DNA from: an uncultured archaeon
GTDB lineage: Archaea; Asgardarchaeota; Thorarchaeia; Thorarchaeales; Thorarchaeaceae
Assembly (NCBI GenBank): GCA_964590575.1
Contig: CAZPWM010000060.1
Coordinates: 1-18,865, forward strand
Length of the DNA stretch: 18,865 nucleotides
Reading direction: 5' to 3'
Shown here: one piece after another, positions 1 through 8,380 of the stretch
Layout of the letters: every line of letters starts with the position of its first letter
Numbering within the stretch: the stretch's first letter is position 1
Translations under genes and position numbers: made by a program
The notes under the pieces: model-generated
Told to the model about the DNA's origin: nothing
Database searches by the model: none
What the model saw: the letters and a program-made list of their open reading frames with translations, nothing else

Positions 1-24
1 GAGAGCTACTACGTACCTTGCTCG

Positions 25-30
25 AAAAAA
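25..30 (-). terminator. Candidate oligo-T terminator
   Basis: A6 on + (T6 on -), 18 nt downstream of the stop of the 48..557 ORF; archaeal terminators are typically oligo-T. Confidence 0.4.
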
Positions 31-47
31 CGTCGGGCTTGTCATAA

Positions 48-557
48 TTATGTATAGTATGAAGGACCTGTATCTGTTGACTCCTCTGGTTTTGGAACAA
101 GTTGACCAGTGGTTTCGTTAAGCAGTGTAATTACCATGTCGATTGCTCCATGCAGTTTCCGCATTGTCCTCCACAGTCTGTCCTCAGAGAATGCGTCATC
201 ATAAATCCTGTCAGAGATGACAAAACCCGGTCCTGGAGGTTGAGGTCCTGGTTGACCTGGACGAGGTTGGATGAAACCCATTGTGAGACCTTCCTGAAAG
301 CTGAACTTCATAGCCTCCATTTGGAAAGAGCGCATCTTTTCAACTGTCAGGAGTTGCTGATGTTGAGGTGAGATCATGACCTGTGACTCAATCTGGAGAA
401 ATCTCTGGTCATTCGGCCGAATAACTGAGAAGAAGAACCGATGAAATTTCACCTTGAAGAGAAATTCTGCGCGTGGATTTGATATTGTTTCCACCTTTGT
501 GCCTTCTCGGGAAAACCAGTCACGTACTGCATCCTTGATGAGTTCTGTTTGGTCCAC
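48..557 (-). CDS. DUF2299-like archaeal protein
   Basis: 169 aa; pattern VRDWFSREG...PRAEFLF...VIRP...MISPQH...RIYDDAFSEDRL recalls DUF2299; GGAG upstream of the GTG start on the minus strand. Confidence 0.65.
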   Translation of the reverse strand: MDQTELIKDAVRDWFSREGTKVETISNPRAEFLFKVKFHRFFFSVIRPNDQRFLQIESQVMISPQHQQLLTVEKMRSFQMEAMKFSFQEGLTMGFIQPRPGQPGPQPPGPGFVISDRIYDDAFSEDRLWRTMRKLHGAIDMVITLLNETTGQLVPKPEESTDTGPSYYT

Positions 558-599
558 CTACTACTCCTCCAAATTAAGTATCCAGATTGTACCCCTCAC

Positions 600-1424
600 T
601 TAACGCTTGTGTTCTTGGAGTAACTCTGTGAAACGTTGAATTTTGGCATAACCTGAAGGAGCCATGTCTGCATAGCACGTGATCTGAGATCGTACAGATT
701 CGATCATCTCTGTGTTCCCCTGGGTTGTGATCAATCGTTCCTCTGAATTTCGTCGCACAAGAAGAACTCCCCAGGGGTCGACGACCTGACTATGACCAAA
801 ATACGTCTTTCCATCGAATCCAAAACCAATTCTGTTGGTCGCAGCCACGTAGAGTTGATTCTCAATCGCCCTGGCTCTCACAATTGTATTCCAATGCTCA
901 CTCCTAGGGTCTGGGAACGCTGCAGGGACGAGAACCAGTTCTGCCCCTGCAATAGCTAATTTTCTGGTTACCTCTGGAAATCTGATGTCATAGCATATCT
1001 GAACTCCGACCTCAATTCCAGAGCAATCGAACATAGCCATAGTGTCACCACCCTTGAAGACATCTCGTTCTTCCTGGAAGGGATGGATTTTCCTGTACAA
1101 ACCTAGTACTCGACCCTTTGGTGTTGCCAGTACTAATGTGTTGTAGAACTTGCCGTCACTCTTCTCTATCCCCGTCCCGATTGTAAATGCGGCATGCTCT
1201 TCAGCTACGGAACACAAGAAATCAGTGGTTGGTCCTGGGACTCCTGGTCCTTCTTTCTCGTAGTCTTCGTGGCGGAAACCAATTGCGAATAATTCTGGAA
1301 ATTGAATGAACTGAACTCCCTTTCCCGGTTTATATTGCTCAAGTATCAACCTCGCATTCGCAAAGTTATGTTCACGGTTTCCTTCAACACAGGACATCTG
1401 AATCAAGGTCATTGAGAATTCCAT
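600..1424 (-). CDS. Carbon-nitrogen hydrolase (nitrilase superfamily, Nit/omega-amidase-like)
   Basis: Glu-Lys-Cys triad in FPELF, YRKIH and QICYDIRFPE, plus RARAIENQ and GHSQVVDPWG; ATG at 1424 preceded by GGTG preferred over TTG at 1439. Confidence 0.93.
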   Translation of the reverse strand: MEFSMTLIQMSCVEGNREHNFANARLILEQYKPGKGVQFIQFPELFAIGFRHEDYEKEGPGVPGPTTDFLCSVAEEHAAFTIGTGIEKSDGKFYNTLVLATPKGRVLGLYRKIHPFQEERDVFKGGDTMAMFDCSGIEVGVQICYDIRFPEVTRKLAIAGAELVLVPAAFPDPRSEHWNTIVRARAIENQLYVAATNRIGFGFDGKTYFGHSQVVDPWGVLLVRRNSEERLITTQGNTEMIESVRSQITCYADMAPSGYAKIQRFTELLQEHKR

Positions 1425-1578
1425 ACTACACCAACTCAATCACAGTCTGAAATACAGGACTTGTTCAGCTACCGACTAGATAAGGCAACCGAATCAAGAA
1501 TCAAGACACATCATAACGCTTAATTGTCTGTCCGCCAGACGAGCTAATGACAGCTCACACTGGAAGTGTTTCCATTTG

Positions 1579-1911
1579 GTGAACGAGGTAAATACTGAGC
1601 CAACAGGCAAGAAGGACATGCCAAAAACATCTTACTCTAAACCCACTATAGGGTCTACTGGTAAGACTGGTAGCTGGCGGACTTTTGATCCCAGAGTCAA
1701 CTATGATGAGTGTAACAAATGTCGCACTTGTTGGCTCCATTGCCCAGAGGCTGTTATTAGCATAGGCGAAGATGATTATCCTATTTGGGATTTCGACTAC
1801 TGCAAAGGCTGTGGAATCTGCGCAGAGGTTTGCCCGAAGAAGTGTATCGAGATGGTACGCACCACAGACTCAGTTGCAGATTCACTACGGGTAGGAGGTT
1901 CAGAGGGATGA
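1579..1911 (+). CDS. porD: 2-oxoacid:ferredoxin oxidoreductase delta subunit (2x[4Fe-4S])
   Basis: TGSWRTFDP signature, CNKCRTCWLHCP and DYCKGCGICAEVCP; start uncertain (TTG 1576, GTG 1579 or ATG 1618). Confidence 0.9.
   Translation: MNEVNTEPTGKKDMPKTSYSKPTIGSTGKTGSWRTFDPRVNYDECNKCRTCWLHCPEAVISIGEDDYPIWDFDYCKGCGICAEVCPKKCIEMVRTTDSVADSLRVGGSEG
1894..1899 (+). promoter_or_regulatory. Shine-Dalgarno site for the alpha subunit
   Basis: GGAGGT 8 nt upstream of ATG 1908. Confidence 0.75.
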
Positions 1912-3086
1912 AGACAGAACTTATGAGTGCAAATTATGCTGCCGCTCGAGCAGTTGTTTCTGCGAGGGTTGAAGTTGTTGCAGCATACCCAATTACACCT
2001 GCAACTACAGTCCCTGAGCAGGTTGCTCTATTGAATGAACAGGGAATTTTCAAAGGGCAATTCATCCGAGTGGAGTCAGAACACTCTGCAATGTTTGCGT
2101 GCATTGGAGCAAGCTCAACGGGAGCTAGGGCATTCACAGCTACATCCTCAAACGGTCTTCTTCTTATGGATGAGGCATTGCACTGGGCCGCGGGGGCTCG
2201 CTTACCAATTGTCCTGAACAATGTCAACCGGTCCGTTTCACCGAGCTGGAACATTCACGTGACTCATGATGATGCTTACTCAAAACGCGACACCGGATGG
2301 ATTCAGTTCTACGTTGCCAGTGTCGACGAGTTATATCACACGATTATCCAGTCCTTTAAGCTGGCAGAAGATGAACGTGTTCTCATGCCTGTGATGATTA
2401 ATTCTGATGGATTTGTGTTGAGCCACACTGTTTCGCCTTTTGACTATCTCGAACCTGAAGAGGTTGACAAATTCCTCAAGCCATACACCCCCCCTCATTG
2501 GGTCATGGACCCTAAGAATCCTGTGAGTCATGGTAATATTGTTTTTCCAGAGTTTTATACCGAATTCCGAAATATGATGCATGAGGCGACAAAAAATGCG
2601 CTTCCTGTGTACCTTGAGATTGAAAAAGAATACAAGAAGTTGTTTGGCAAATACTTTGGAGGACCTATCGACTGCTACAAGTGTGATGATGCCGAAGTAG
2701 TATTCACATCTCAGGGTTCAATGGGTTCAGAGGCAAAGGATGCGATTGATGACCTCCGTGATGAAGGTTACAAGGTTGGGAACGCAAGGATACGAATGAT
2801 TCGGCCCTTCCCTGTTGACCAAATCCGGGAGCTTGGAAGCAGAGTAAAGGGATTTGCGAGCTTCGACCGAGGGGTTTCCTATGGATTTGGAGGTCCCGTG
2901 GCCAATGATATTCGCTCTACAATGTACCATACCAAGTATCGGCCAATTATTAAGAGCTACATCGGGGGTCTTGGCGGTCGAGATATGACTATCGCTGACA
3001 TCAAAGCTGTGATTTTGGACACATTCAAAGCAGTTGAGAGCGGAGAGCTGGGTCCTGAAGAAACCTGGAACGACTTGAAGGAGTGA
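1908..3086 (+). CDS. porA: Pyruvate/2-ketoisovalerate:ferredoxin oxidoreductase alpha subunit
   Basis: AYPITP, VESEHSA, TATSSNGLLLM, GARLPIV, DGFVLSH and GGLGGRD motifs; ATG 1908 forms an ATGA overlap with the delta stop; substrate specificity not resolvable. Confidence 0.92.
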   Translation: MKTELMSANYAAARAVVSARVEVVAAYPITPATTVPEQVALLNEQGIFKGQFIRVESEHSAMFACIGASSTGARAFTATSSNGLLLMDEALHWAAGARLPIVLNNVNRSVSPSWNIHVTHDDAYSKRDTGWIQFYVASVDELYHTIIQSFKLAEDERVLMPVMINSDGFVLSHTVSPFDYLEPEEVDKFLKPYTPPHWVMDPKNPVSHGNIVFPEFYTEFRNMMHEATKNALPVYLEIEKEYKKLFGKYFGGPIDCYKCDDAEVVFTSQGSMGSEAKDAIDDLRDEGYKVGNARIRMIRPFPVDQIRELGSRVKGFASFDRGVSYGFGGPVANDIRSTMYHTKYRPIIKSYIGGLGGRDMTIADIKAVILDTFKAVESGELGPEETWNDLKE

Positions 3087-3997
3087 ATGAAATGGTAACA
3101 ACAAAAGAGATTCCACTCAAAGAATATGTATTGAAGGGTAATGCGGCATGTGCTGGCTGTCAGGACATGGTAGCTCTCAGACATGCCCATAAAGCACTCG
3201 AGGGCGATGTCATTCAGGTTGTCCCTGCTTGTTGTACAAGTGTTGTTCAGTCACTATGGCCAAAGAGCGGTCTGGGTATTCCTGTTCTCAATACTGCATT
3301 TCCAGCTGCAGCTGCAACAGCATCTGGTGTGAAAGCAGCACTCAAAGCTAAGGGTAATGATCATACCATAGTCATGGTCTGGGCTGGGGATGGCGGTACC
3401 TTTGACATAGGTATCCAAGCATTGAGTGGAGCATTCGAACGAAGGACCGATTTTCTTTACATCTGTTACAACAACCAAGTCTACAGCAATACAGGTACTC
3501 AACGGTCTGGTGCAACACCACTGCATGCTCAGACGACAACAACTTGGTTTGGAAAGAAAGAACCAGAGAAAATGCTTGATTTCATTGTTGCTGCACATGA
3601 ACCAGTCTATCAATTCACAGCAAACACCGCTTATCCTCTAGATCTCTATGAAAAGTTCCAGAAAGCTCGTGAGTTTGAGGGTCCCAAATTCGGACATATC
3701 TTTCTTCCATGCCCTCAAGCATGGAACTATCCTGTGGAAAAGGGGGTGGAGATAGGAAAGCTTGCAGTGGAAACTGGATACTGGATTCAGTGGGAGCGTG
3801 TGGACGATGAGTTCACATTGGGCAAACACAGCAGGAGGTTCCAAGATCCTGAGAAGAGAAAACCAATCGATGAGTTTCTGAAGATGCAGGGTCGTTTCTC
3901 ACACCTTTATAGACCCAAACGTGATGACAAAAAGATCAAGGAGTTTGAGGATTTCATCCAGCACAGATGGGATATGCTCATGCGAACCTTCACCTGA
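3083..3997 (+). CDS. porB: Pyruvate/2-ketoisovalerate:ferredoxin oxidoreductase beta subunit (TPP-binding)
   Basis: ACAGC, PACC and LPCP cluster cysteines; GDGGTFDIG...YNNQVYSNTG TPP motif; GTGA overlap with the alpha stop (alternative ATG 3092). Confidence 0.93.
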   Translation: MNEMVTTKEIPLKEYVLKGNAACAGCQDMVALRHAHKALEGDVIQVVPACCTSVVQSLWPKSGLGIPVLNTAFPAAAATASGVKAALKAKGNDHTIVMVWAGDGGTFDIGIQALSGAFERRTDFLYICYNNQVYSNTGTQRSGATPLHAQTTTTWFGKKEPEKMLDFIVAAHEPVYQFTANTAYPLDLYEKFQKAREFEGPKFGHIFLPCPQAWNYPVEKGVEIGKLAVETGYWIQWERVDDEFTLGKHSRRFQDPEKRKPIDEFLKMQGRFSHLYRPKRDDKKIKEFEDFIQHRWDMLMRTFT

Positions 3998-4041
3998 GGA
4001 TAGCTGGCAACCTTCATTTCCAACTCAAACGACTCGCTCCC

Positions 4042-4052
4042 AAAAAAAGAAG
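4042..4052 (-). terminator. Candidate oligo-T terminator
   Basis: TCTTCTTTTTTT-type run on the minus strand just after the 4059 stop, in a convergent intergenic gap. Confidence 0.5.
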
Positions 4053-4058
4053 ATATAA

Positions 4059-5594
4059 TTAGTTTAGATTATTTTGAAACTGGAGTACTAGATACGTGAC
4101 GCCCCCAGCATAAGCAGATACGATTCTCTTGATACGATGCTCATCATCAAGATGGTCGATCTCACCTGCTGTGATGTCGGTCCGGGCGGATTCTTCTGCA
4201 ATAAATCTTGAAACCCATGGGATATCCATGACTGCTTCTCCCACATTCAATAATTGAAGTAATCTATAGGCAGTTTCAAAGCATAGAGTTTGTGTAAATC
4301 TCTCTGATTCTTCACCAAGAGACTCCCTGTGATTTTCCACAACTCCAACAATAGCATCGAATGCTTCATTCACTTTGTCGATCAGCTCGTCTGCCTGCAT
4401 ATCTTCGAGGTTCTTGTCCTCTGCTCTCTGTTTAAGTGATGAGAGCGCCACTCCAAATCGTCTTTCCGGAGTTATTTGGGGTTTCTCTCCTGTTCTAGCA
4501 CGATGACTGAGGATACTAAGTTCTACTGCTAGAGCTGCAGCTCTATCTGCAGAATCAGTAAGCCGCTGTGCAATTTCCTTTGCTTCTCCATTGAGTAAGT
4601 CAACAAAGAGAGATAACTCCCTATTCTTTCCTCTACCTTGGCGCACTCTCAATGTATCTGCGTAGTGGTCTGCAATCACTTGAATCAAATATGAGAAGAA
4701 ATCAACATCAATCCACATCCTTTTCTCTCCCTCTTGTTCAGATTTGAACAAGGAACAAGTACTCAATCGCGCTGCATTCTGCCTAAGCACTTCTAGAGCA
4801 GTGAATAGCTTACCATAGATACCCAAATTCCCTATGAGTGGCCAATCAAATGGTTTCCGAGACCCACCCCCAACTATCTGGTTCTTCAAGGTCGTTTTTG
4901 AATGCATTACAATAATGTACGAAGTTGTTTCCTCTATGAGCTTTTCTTCATTAAGAGTGAAAACAGCATCGAGGTCAAAGAGACATCCACTCGATTTCAT
5001 TAGAACTAAAGCAATCAACGATTTCAATCGTTGAGATGTCATCGAACTATCAATTGCATAACCCCTCCCAATTGGATTTGGGCGGAAAACAATATCTATT
5101 ATTCCTCGGTATGACATACTTACATTCATTTGTGATGCTAGATTTGAGCGTGACTCATCAGACGATATGAGGTTTTGAACAAAGATTTTGATATCAGTAG
5201 ATGCAAAATCCTCTGGTGCTGCGACCGGATCTATTACTACCTTCGGTATTACCCACAACCAGAGTAAGGATACAGCTTCATCCCTTGCAGCGCCTATCAC
5301 TTGTTGACCTGATTGGAACTCTTCTGCATCTAGACTGAATCCAACCCATCTTGGCACATCCATCAGGAACTTTAAGGTTTCATCATCATGGAAAGCTTGT
5401 GAAAGAATGTGTTTCTTGATTTCTCGATACATCTCCTCTGGATCTGATGAAGTTACTGAGAAACCTGCTAAACCAAGCTCTTCTCTTATCTCAAAAGATG
5501 TCTTTCTACTCCATTCCTCTATAGTTCTATAAAGAATTGTTGTGTGAAGATTTTCCACTACAGCTCTCGTAGTGTGCGTCAGGTCTGAGGTCAT
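4059..5594 (-). CDS. Hypothetical protein, probably largely alpha-helical and cytoplasmic
   Basis: 511-aa ORF with ATGA overlap to the upstream gene; no motif recognised. Confidence 0.85.
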   Translation of the reverse strand: MTSDLTHTTRAVVENLHTTILYRTIEEWSRKTSFEIREELGLAGFSVTSSDPEEMYREIKKHILSQAFHDDETLKFLMDVPRWVGFSLDAEEFQSGQQVIGAARDEAVSLLWLWVIPKVVIDPVAAPEDFASTDIKIFVQNLISSDESRSNLASQMNVSMSYRGIIDIVFRPNPIGRGYAIDSSMTSQRLKSLIALVLMKSSGCLFDLDAVFTLNEEKLIEETTSYIIVMHSKTTLKNQIVGGGSRKPFDWPLIGNLGIYGKLFTALEVLRQNAARLSTCSLFKSEQEGEKRMWIDVDFFSYLIQVIADHYADTLRVRQGRGKNRELSLFVDLLNGEAKEIAQRLTDSADRAAALAVELSILSHRARTGEKPQITPERRFGVALSSLKQRAEDKNLEDMQADELIDKVNEAFDAIVGVVENHRESLGEESERFTQTLCFETAYRLLQLLNVGEAVMDIPWVSRFIAEESARTDITAGEIDHLDDEHRIKRIVSAYAGGVTYLVLQFQNNLN

Positions 5595-6472
5595 TTTTCT
5601 CTCTCCTCAAACAACTTACTCATTACATCCTGACGTGAAATACTTCCCTGAAGCTCAGATGTGATGAAAGCACGCATATCGTTGATTGCTCCTTCAACAT
5701 TGATTTCTTCACCTTCATCTGCAAGCTTTGAGAATAGCAGGTTGCTGACCTCTTCTCCTAAATCAACCTCATCTGGAAAATGCATGCTAGAGTCTAATTC
5801 TTGTTCATCACTGTAAAGGACTTCGACAATGGTACCATAGGGATGTTTCTGGTTTCGTAAGTAGACTCGATTCCGTTTCGTTAATTCATAAAATTCGATG
5901 TCATCAAGCAACTTCTTGAGTTTCGATTGAAGGAATGAACTAGATACGTATGCTCTCTTTAGTTCACTCAACGGGATTCTCTTAGCTAGACTTGAAGCGA
6001 TTTGTATCTCGCGTTTGTAATTGAAGGTATCATAAGATAATCCCGAATCCTTCAAGAAGGATTCAGCCTCGAAGCTTCCAAGTGTATCATGTGTTATCTC
6101 AATGGGATTTATGCCTCCATTCTCGCCAAGCTTGATTCCTCCGCCCACATCAAAGGTTCTTACATCCTCTGGTCTAAAACTAGGTAATACGACTCCAGAA
6201 AGGGTTCTTTCAGTGACCTCAATTAGAACCGCATCAACCGATGTTTGTTGTGAGGAGCAATAGAACAAACCTGGGAGGAAAGCATAGAGATTCTCTTGAC
6301 TTGACATATTTTGTCGTTCAAAGTCAGTTCTAACTCGAGGCATAGAATATCCAATACCATTGAAATACCCTAAATCAGAAATACCAATTAACCACTCATC
6401 TTCAGGAAGTACACTTTCCTGAATCTCTACAAGCTGCAGGGATCTCTTGATTGGAATATACACTCGCTGCAC
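5591..6472 (-). CDS. Hypothetical protein
   Basis: 293-aa ORF, GTG start, coupled to 4059..5594; acidic C-terminal region. Confidence 0.82.
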   Translation of the reverse strand: MQRVYIPIKRSLQLVEIQESVLPEDEWLIGISDLGYFNGIGYSMPRVRTDFERQNMSSQENLYAFLPGLFYCSSQQTSVDAVLIEVTERTLSGVVLPSFRPEDVRTFDVGGGIKLGENGGINPIEITHDTLGSFEAESFLKDSGLSYDTFNYKREIQIASSLAKRIPLSELKRAYVSSSFLQSKLKKLLDDIEFYELTKRNRVYLRNQKHPYGTIVEVLYSDEQELDSSMHFPDEVDLGEEVSNLLFSKLADEGEEINVEGAINDMRAFITSELQGSISRQDVMSKLFEEREK

Positions 6473-6540
6473 CGGTCCCTATGCTTGCGACAGTAAACAT
6501 GCAATTTGAATCTTTGGCTGATTTCTTTGTCGAGCGCTAT

Positions 6541-8367
6541 TTAACTTTCATGACGAACCACAAAAACTCCTATTGCAATAATCGCAATGGCTCCAAGTAT
6601 AATAGCTGGTACTAGGTAAGATCCTACTCTAAATTCTGGAAAGTGCGGGTCAGTCTTTTCTAAGTACTCCCTCAAGTTTGAAACACCATCTTGATCAGGG
6701 TCCTCTGCGGAGTCATTAAGAGTAGGATTGAGATAGTTTTCCACCTCCCACAAGTCTGGCATTGAATCTGCGTCTGTGTCTTCTGAATTTGGGTCACAGT
6801 GGTTAAGAAATTCCTCTAGATTTGAGAGGCCATCAGAATCTTCATCCAATTGCGCATCATTTGCGTTAAGGGGATCTAATCCGTGCTGTATTTCCCATGA
6901 ATCAGACATCGAATCGGAATCTGTATCATTCGAAAACCTTGACGTACCAACGATCATCTCTTGACCGTCGTTGATGGTGTCTAAATCTGAATCCATTGAA
7001 AAGAATTCTTGATCGAACCAAAATTCTTGACTATCTGGCACGTCATTATCATCGATGTCAGTTTCGTATGTGATTTCCAGTTCGTATCCAATGCTTGTTT
7101 CCGACGGATTGAAAACACTCAAGGTGTAGATGCCTTGCATTGCCACAGATTGACTCAGAATGAGAGTGGATTCCCAAGGTGAAGGTACAGGATTTTCAAT
7201 CTGGGCTAGTTGCCAACCTAGTGTGTCGGTTAGAGTGATGCGAGTGCCTCCACCCCACCATCGACAAGAAACATTGATTGTTGTAGGAGTCGTAATGACA
7301 ATCGCGTATGTATTTTCTCGACCTTGTTGTAGTATGAATTCGTCTACAACGACTCTAGGCTCTTGATATGCACGTGCCAACGTAAACGCAATACTGGCAC
7401 CAATTGCCTTCACGGCTTCTATAGCAACAGTATAATTGTAAAGTGGATTATTCCAAACATCGGAAGGCGAATGGTATGCAGTGTCTATAGTAAAACCAGT
7501 TTCAGTTGCTAAAAGTGAGGGATACCCCTCCGCGATGAATGATGCATGGTCGGACGAATATCCTCCAGCCAAATCGTTTAATTCAATAGGCTTTATCATA
7601 TGGAAACCATAGTTCTTACTCATGGCTCTAGTAAGGTCTGCCCAGTACAAACCGTCTTGATAAGTTCCAGTCTGATATCCCATCCAGAGTTTGCTATCAC
7701 TCAGAGCATAAGGATGTGGCACTAGTAGCATGTCAATATTGTAGTAGAGTAAGATATCGACTCCCCTATCCGATAAAATTCCAGCAACTTCTCTACTACC
7801 TCGTAAACCAATCTCTTCAGCATTCCATGCTCCAAAGTAGATGTCTATTGGCCATTCGTACCCACTAAGAACTCGTGCAAGTTCCAAAGCAGTAGCAATT
7901 CCAGTTGCGTCATCATTAGCACCTGGTGCATCGGGGACAGAATCGAAATGACCTCCCACCAGAAACGCAGGACCGTCAACAGGTAAATACCCTTGGAGTC
8001 GTCCAAGAACGGAATTATAATCGCCTAGAATCTCAACCTCAATTCTTCCATTGGAAACCTCTACAAGTTTGTCTGCAATCCAATCCCTTGCTACAATATT
8101 ATTTGATTCCAAATCTGCAGGATTTACATATTCTCTTGAACCATTTTCTGTGAGTTCGATGATAAAGTTTCGAAAAGAACTTAGGGACACTCTATTGAAA
8201 ACTTCGTTTGAGTAATCTACGCCATAGATTCTTTCTATTTTAGCTGCAAGTATGGTTTCATCAATTGGCTTGATTTGATTAGAATGATCATCATGTGCAG
8301 TCGTTGTACCAAATGGAGTCAGGACTATTAGCGTACAAATGACGACGAATATGGAATACTTCTTCAT
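6541..8367 (-). CDS. Exported M28 family metallopeptidase with beta-sandwich domain, Asp-rich Ca-binding repeats and C-terminal membrane anchor
   Basis: Signal peptide MKKYSIFVVICTLIVL; complete site GGHFDS, GANDDATG, NAEEIGLRGS, NIDM, SDH, YHSPSD; ATG 8367 has GAGGT upstream (GTG 8388 is the alternative). Confidence 0.92.
   Translation of the reverse strand: MKKYSIFVVICTLIVLTPFGTTTAHDDHSNQIKPIDETILAAKIERIYGVDYSNEVFNRVSLSSFRNFIIELTENGSREYVNPADLESNNIVARDWIADKLVEVSNGRIEVEILGDYNSVLGRLQGYLPVDGPAFLVGGHFDSVPDAPGANDDATGIATALELARVLSGYEWPIDIYFGAWNAEEIGLRGSREVAGILSDRGVDILLYYNIDMLLVPHPYALSDSKLWMGYQTGTYQDGLYWADLTRAMSKNYGFHMIKPIELNDLAGGYSSDHASFIAEGYPSLLATETGFTIDTAYHSPSDVWNNPLYNYTVAIEAVKAIGASIAFTLARAYQEPRVVVDEFILQQGRENTYAIVITTPTTINVSCRWWGGGTRITLTDTLGWQLAQIENPVPSPWESTLILSQSVAMQGIYTLSVFNPSETSIGYELEITYETDIDDNDVPDSQEFWFDQEFFSMDSDLDTINDGQEMIVGTSRFSNDTDSDSMSDSWEIQHGLDPLNANDAQLDEDSDGLSNLEEFLNHCDPNSEDTDADSMPDLWEVENYLNPTLNDSAEDPDQDGVSNLREYLEKTDPHFPEFRVGSYLVPAIILGAIAIIAIGVFVVRHES
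6650..7060 (-). repeat. Protein-level TSP3-like Asp-rich repeats (D-x-D-x-D-x-x-x-D/N-x-x-E...L-D/N-P)
   Basis: DIDDNDVPD, DSDLDTIND, DTDSDSMSD, DEDSDGLSN, DTDADSMPD, DPDQDGVSN; boundaries approximate. Confidence 0.85.
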
Positions 8368-8380
8368 TTCAGGACCTCTG

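Noticed and set aside
1491-1506. GAATCAA tandem 7-mer in the divergent promoter region
   Set aside because: Only two copies; too short to support a functional call
1785-1907. N-terminal extension of the alpha subunit from TTG 1785 in the ORF track
   Set aside because: It lies wholly within the delta gene; ATG 1908 has a strong GGAGGT site and an ATGA overlap, and family similarity begins there
600-3997. Metabolic link between the amidase (2-oxoacid-producing) and the divergent oxidoreductase operon
   Set aside because: Neither substrate can be determined from sequence; adjacency alone is insufficient
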